DNA of 63,277 bases, counting the filler, from Octopus bimaculoides (lineage: Eukaryota): NCBI RefSeq assembly GCF_001194135.2. It is 7 parts of 6 records of this genome, joined end to end, with 100 filler letters (N's around TTAATTAATTAA, not from the genome) between each part and the next. Parts side by side here need not be neighbours in the genome. Positions count along the whole stretch, not along the records: positions 61,628 to 63,277 come from NC_068992.1; 6 more parts are not named here. One strand, given 5' to 3'. The position numbers and the translations under genes were made by a program. A model generated the notes under the pieces. It was not told the origin of the DNA and did not search any database. It worked only from the letters and a program-made list of their open reading frames with translations. Positions 62,312 through 63,277 of this stretch are shown one piece after another (the first letter of the stretch is position 1; every line of letters starts with the position of its first letter).

Positions 62312-62971
62312 ATATAAATGAAAAGTGCATTAAATACTACAAAACACACACATAGTGCAAACACCAGGACCTTGATTCTTCATCAGTTATCGACCGAAAA
62401 TATTAAATTAATACTGAGTTTTGTGCCTTTAACGACAAGACTAGGAGCTTCGTATATCGGCGGCACCCGCAAGATTTGCGTAGAATTAGTGCTCGAGCAA
62501 ACAATATAATACAGGGTGGACGTACGAAAGTAAACAACAGTAATTTGAAACGATAGACGAAGACATCAAATAACGAATATAGCCTTGGGGCAAAACACAG
62601 AATGGTGGATTAACGCCTGGCAGAAATCCTCAAATGGATATAAAGAACAGCATTGAGAAGAGGTGAGAAAAAAAGGTTGACCAGGACGCCAGGCGTCCAG
62701 TGGCAAAAAGGTGGAAGATATAAAATCAGTCACCGGTCACGTGTGGGTAGCAAATAGAAAGGAAAGAGGGAGAGAGAAAGTGACAGAGAAAGAGAAAGAG
62801 AGAGAGAGAGAGAGACGCAAATTTTGCGGGTGCCGCCGATATACGAAGTTCCTAGTCTTATCGTTTAAAGGCATGAAACTAGATATCAGTATTGTCGGTC
62901 GATAACTGATGAAGAATTAGGGTCTGTCCCATGTGTACCTTTTGTAGTATTTAATGCATTTTTCATTTATA
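62312..62971. mobile_element. Foldback/MITE-like element with arms of about 160-170 bp
   Basis: 62312-62481 is the imperfect reverse complement of 62815-62971; TA-rich flanks; non-coding spacer of about 330 bp. Confidence 0.8.
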
Positions 62972-63038
62972 GAATAACTGAACACCAAGCATCAGGAATA
63001 TTATATATATATACACACGCACATACATACATACACAC

Positions 63039-63076
<38 letters not shown>

Positions 63077-63277
63077 GCGACGGTTTACCACACAGTTTCC
63101 ATCTATCAAATTCCCTCAAAAGGAGTCGATGGGGCCGGGAAGCTATAGCAGAAGACACTTGTCCAATGGGACGCGTAATGGGATCGAGCCCAAAACTATG
63201 TGGTTGAATAGCGAGCTTCTTAACTTCACACACATGATTCGTCTGTAATCACGGACACTTTAAGTCTTAAAGTGAAT

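Overview
AT-rich, microsatellite- and transposon-dense animal genomic DNA with many N gaps. The repeat families suggest a cephalopod, probably Octopus (inference). Two protein-coding genes are supported, both on the minus strand. (1) The 5' part of a DCDC1-like (doublecortin-domain) gene, rebuilt by hand as seven short phase-compatible exons between 23686 and 3664; it continues beyond the left edge and its start exon was not found. (2) A class A (rhodopsin-like) GPCR with an uninterrupted 472-aa CDS (26634-28052), an unusually long second extracellular loop and a probable 5'UTR intron. The rest is transposon debris: tRNA-derived SINE families, RTE, R4/Dong, Tx1/L1, CR1 and Jockey-like LINE fragments, Penelope-like remnants, two mariners plus a mariner MITE, a decayed Gypsy element, and a solo LTR inside a Tx1 LINE. 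There are also minisatellites and hairpin/foldback elements. The most interesting unexplained signals are several minimal hammerhead-ribozyme-like motifs with variant cores, perfect or long inverted repeats, unusual splice architecture in DCDC1, and a CpG-decay domain pattern. Most long ORFs in the ORF track are microsatellite or gap artefacts. Family assignments come from recalled motifs, not database searches.
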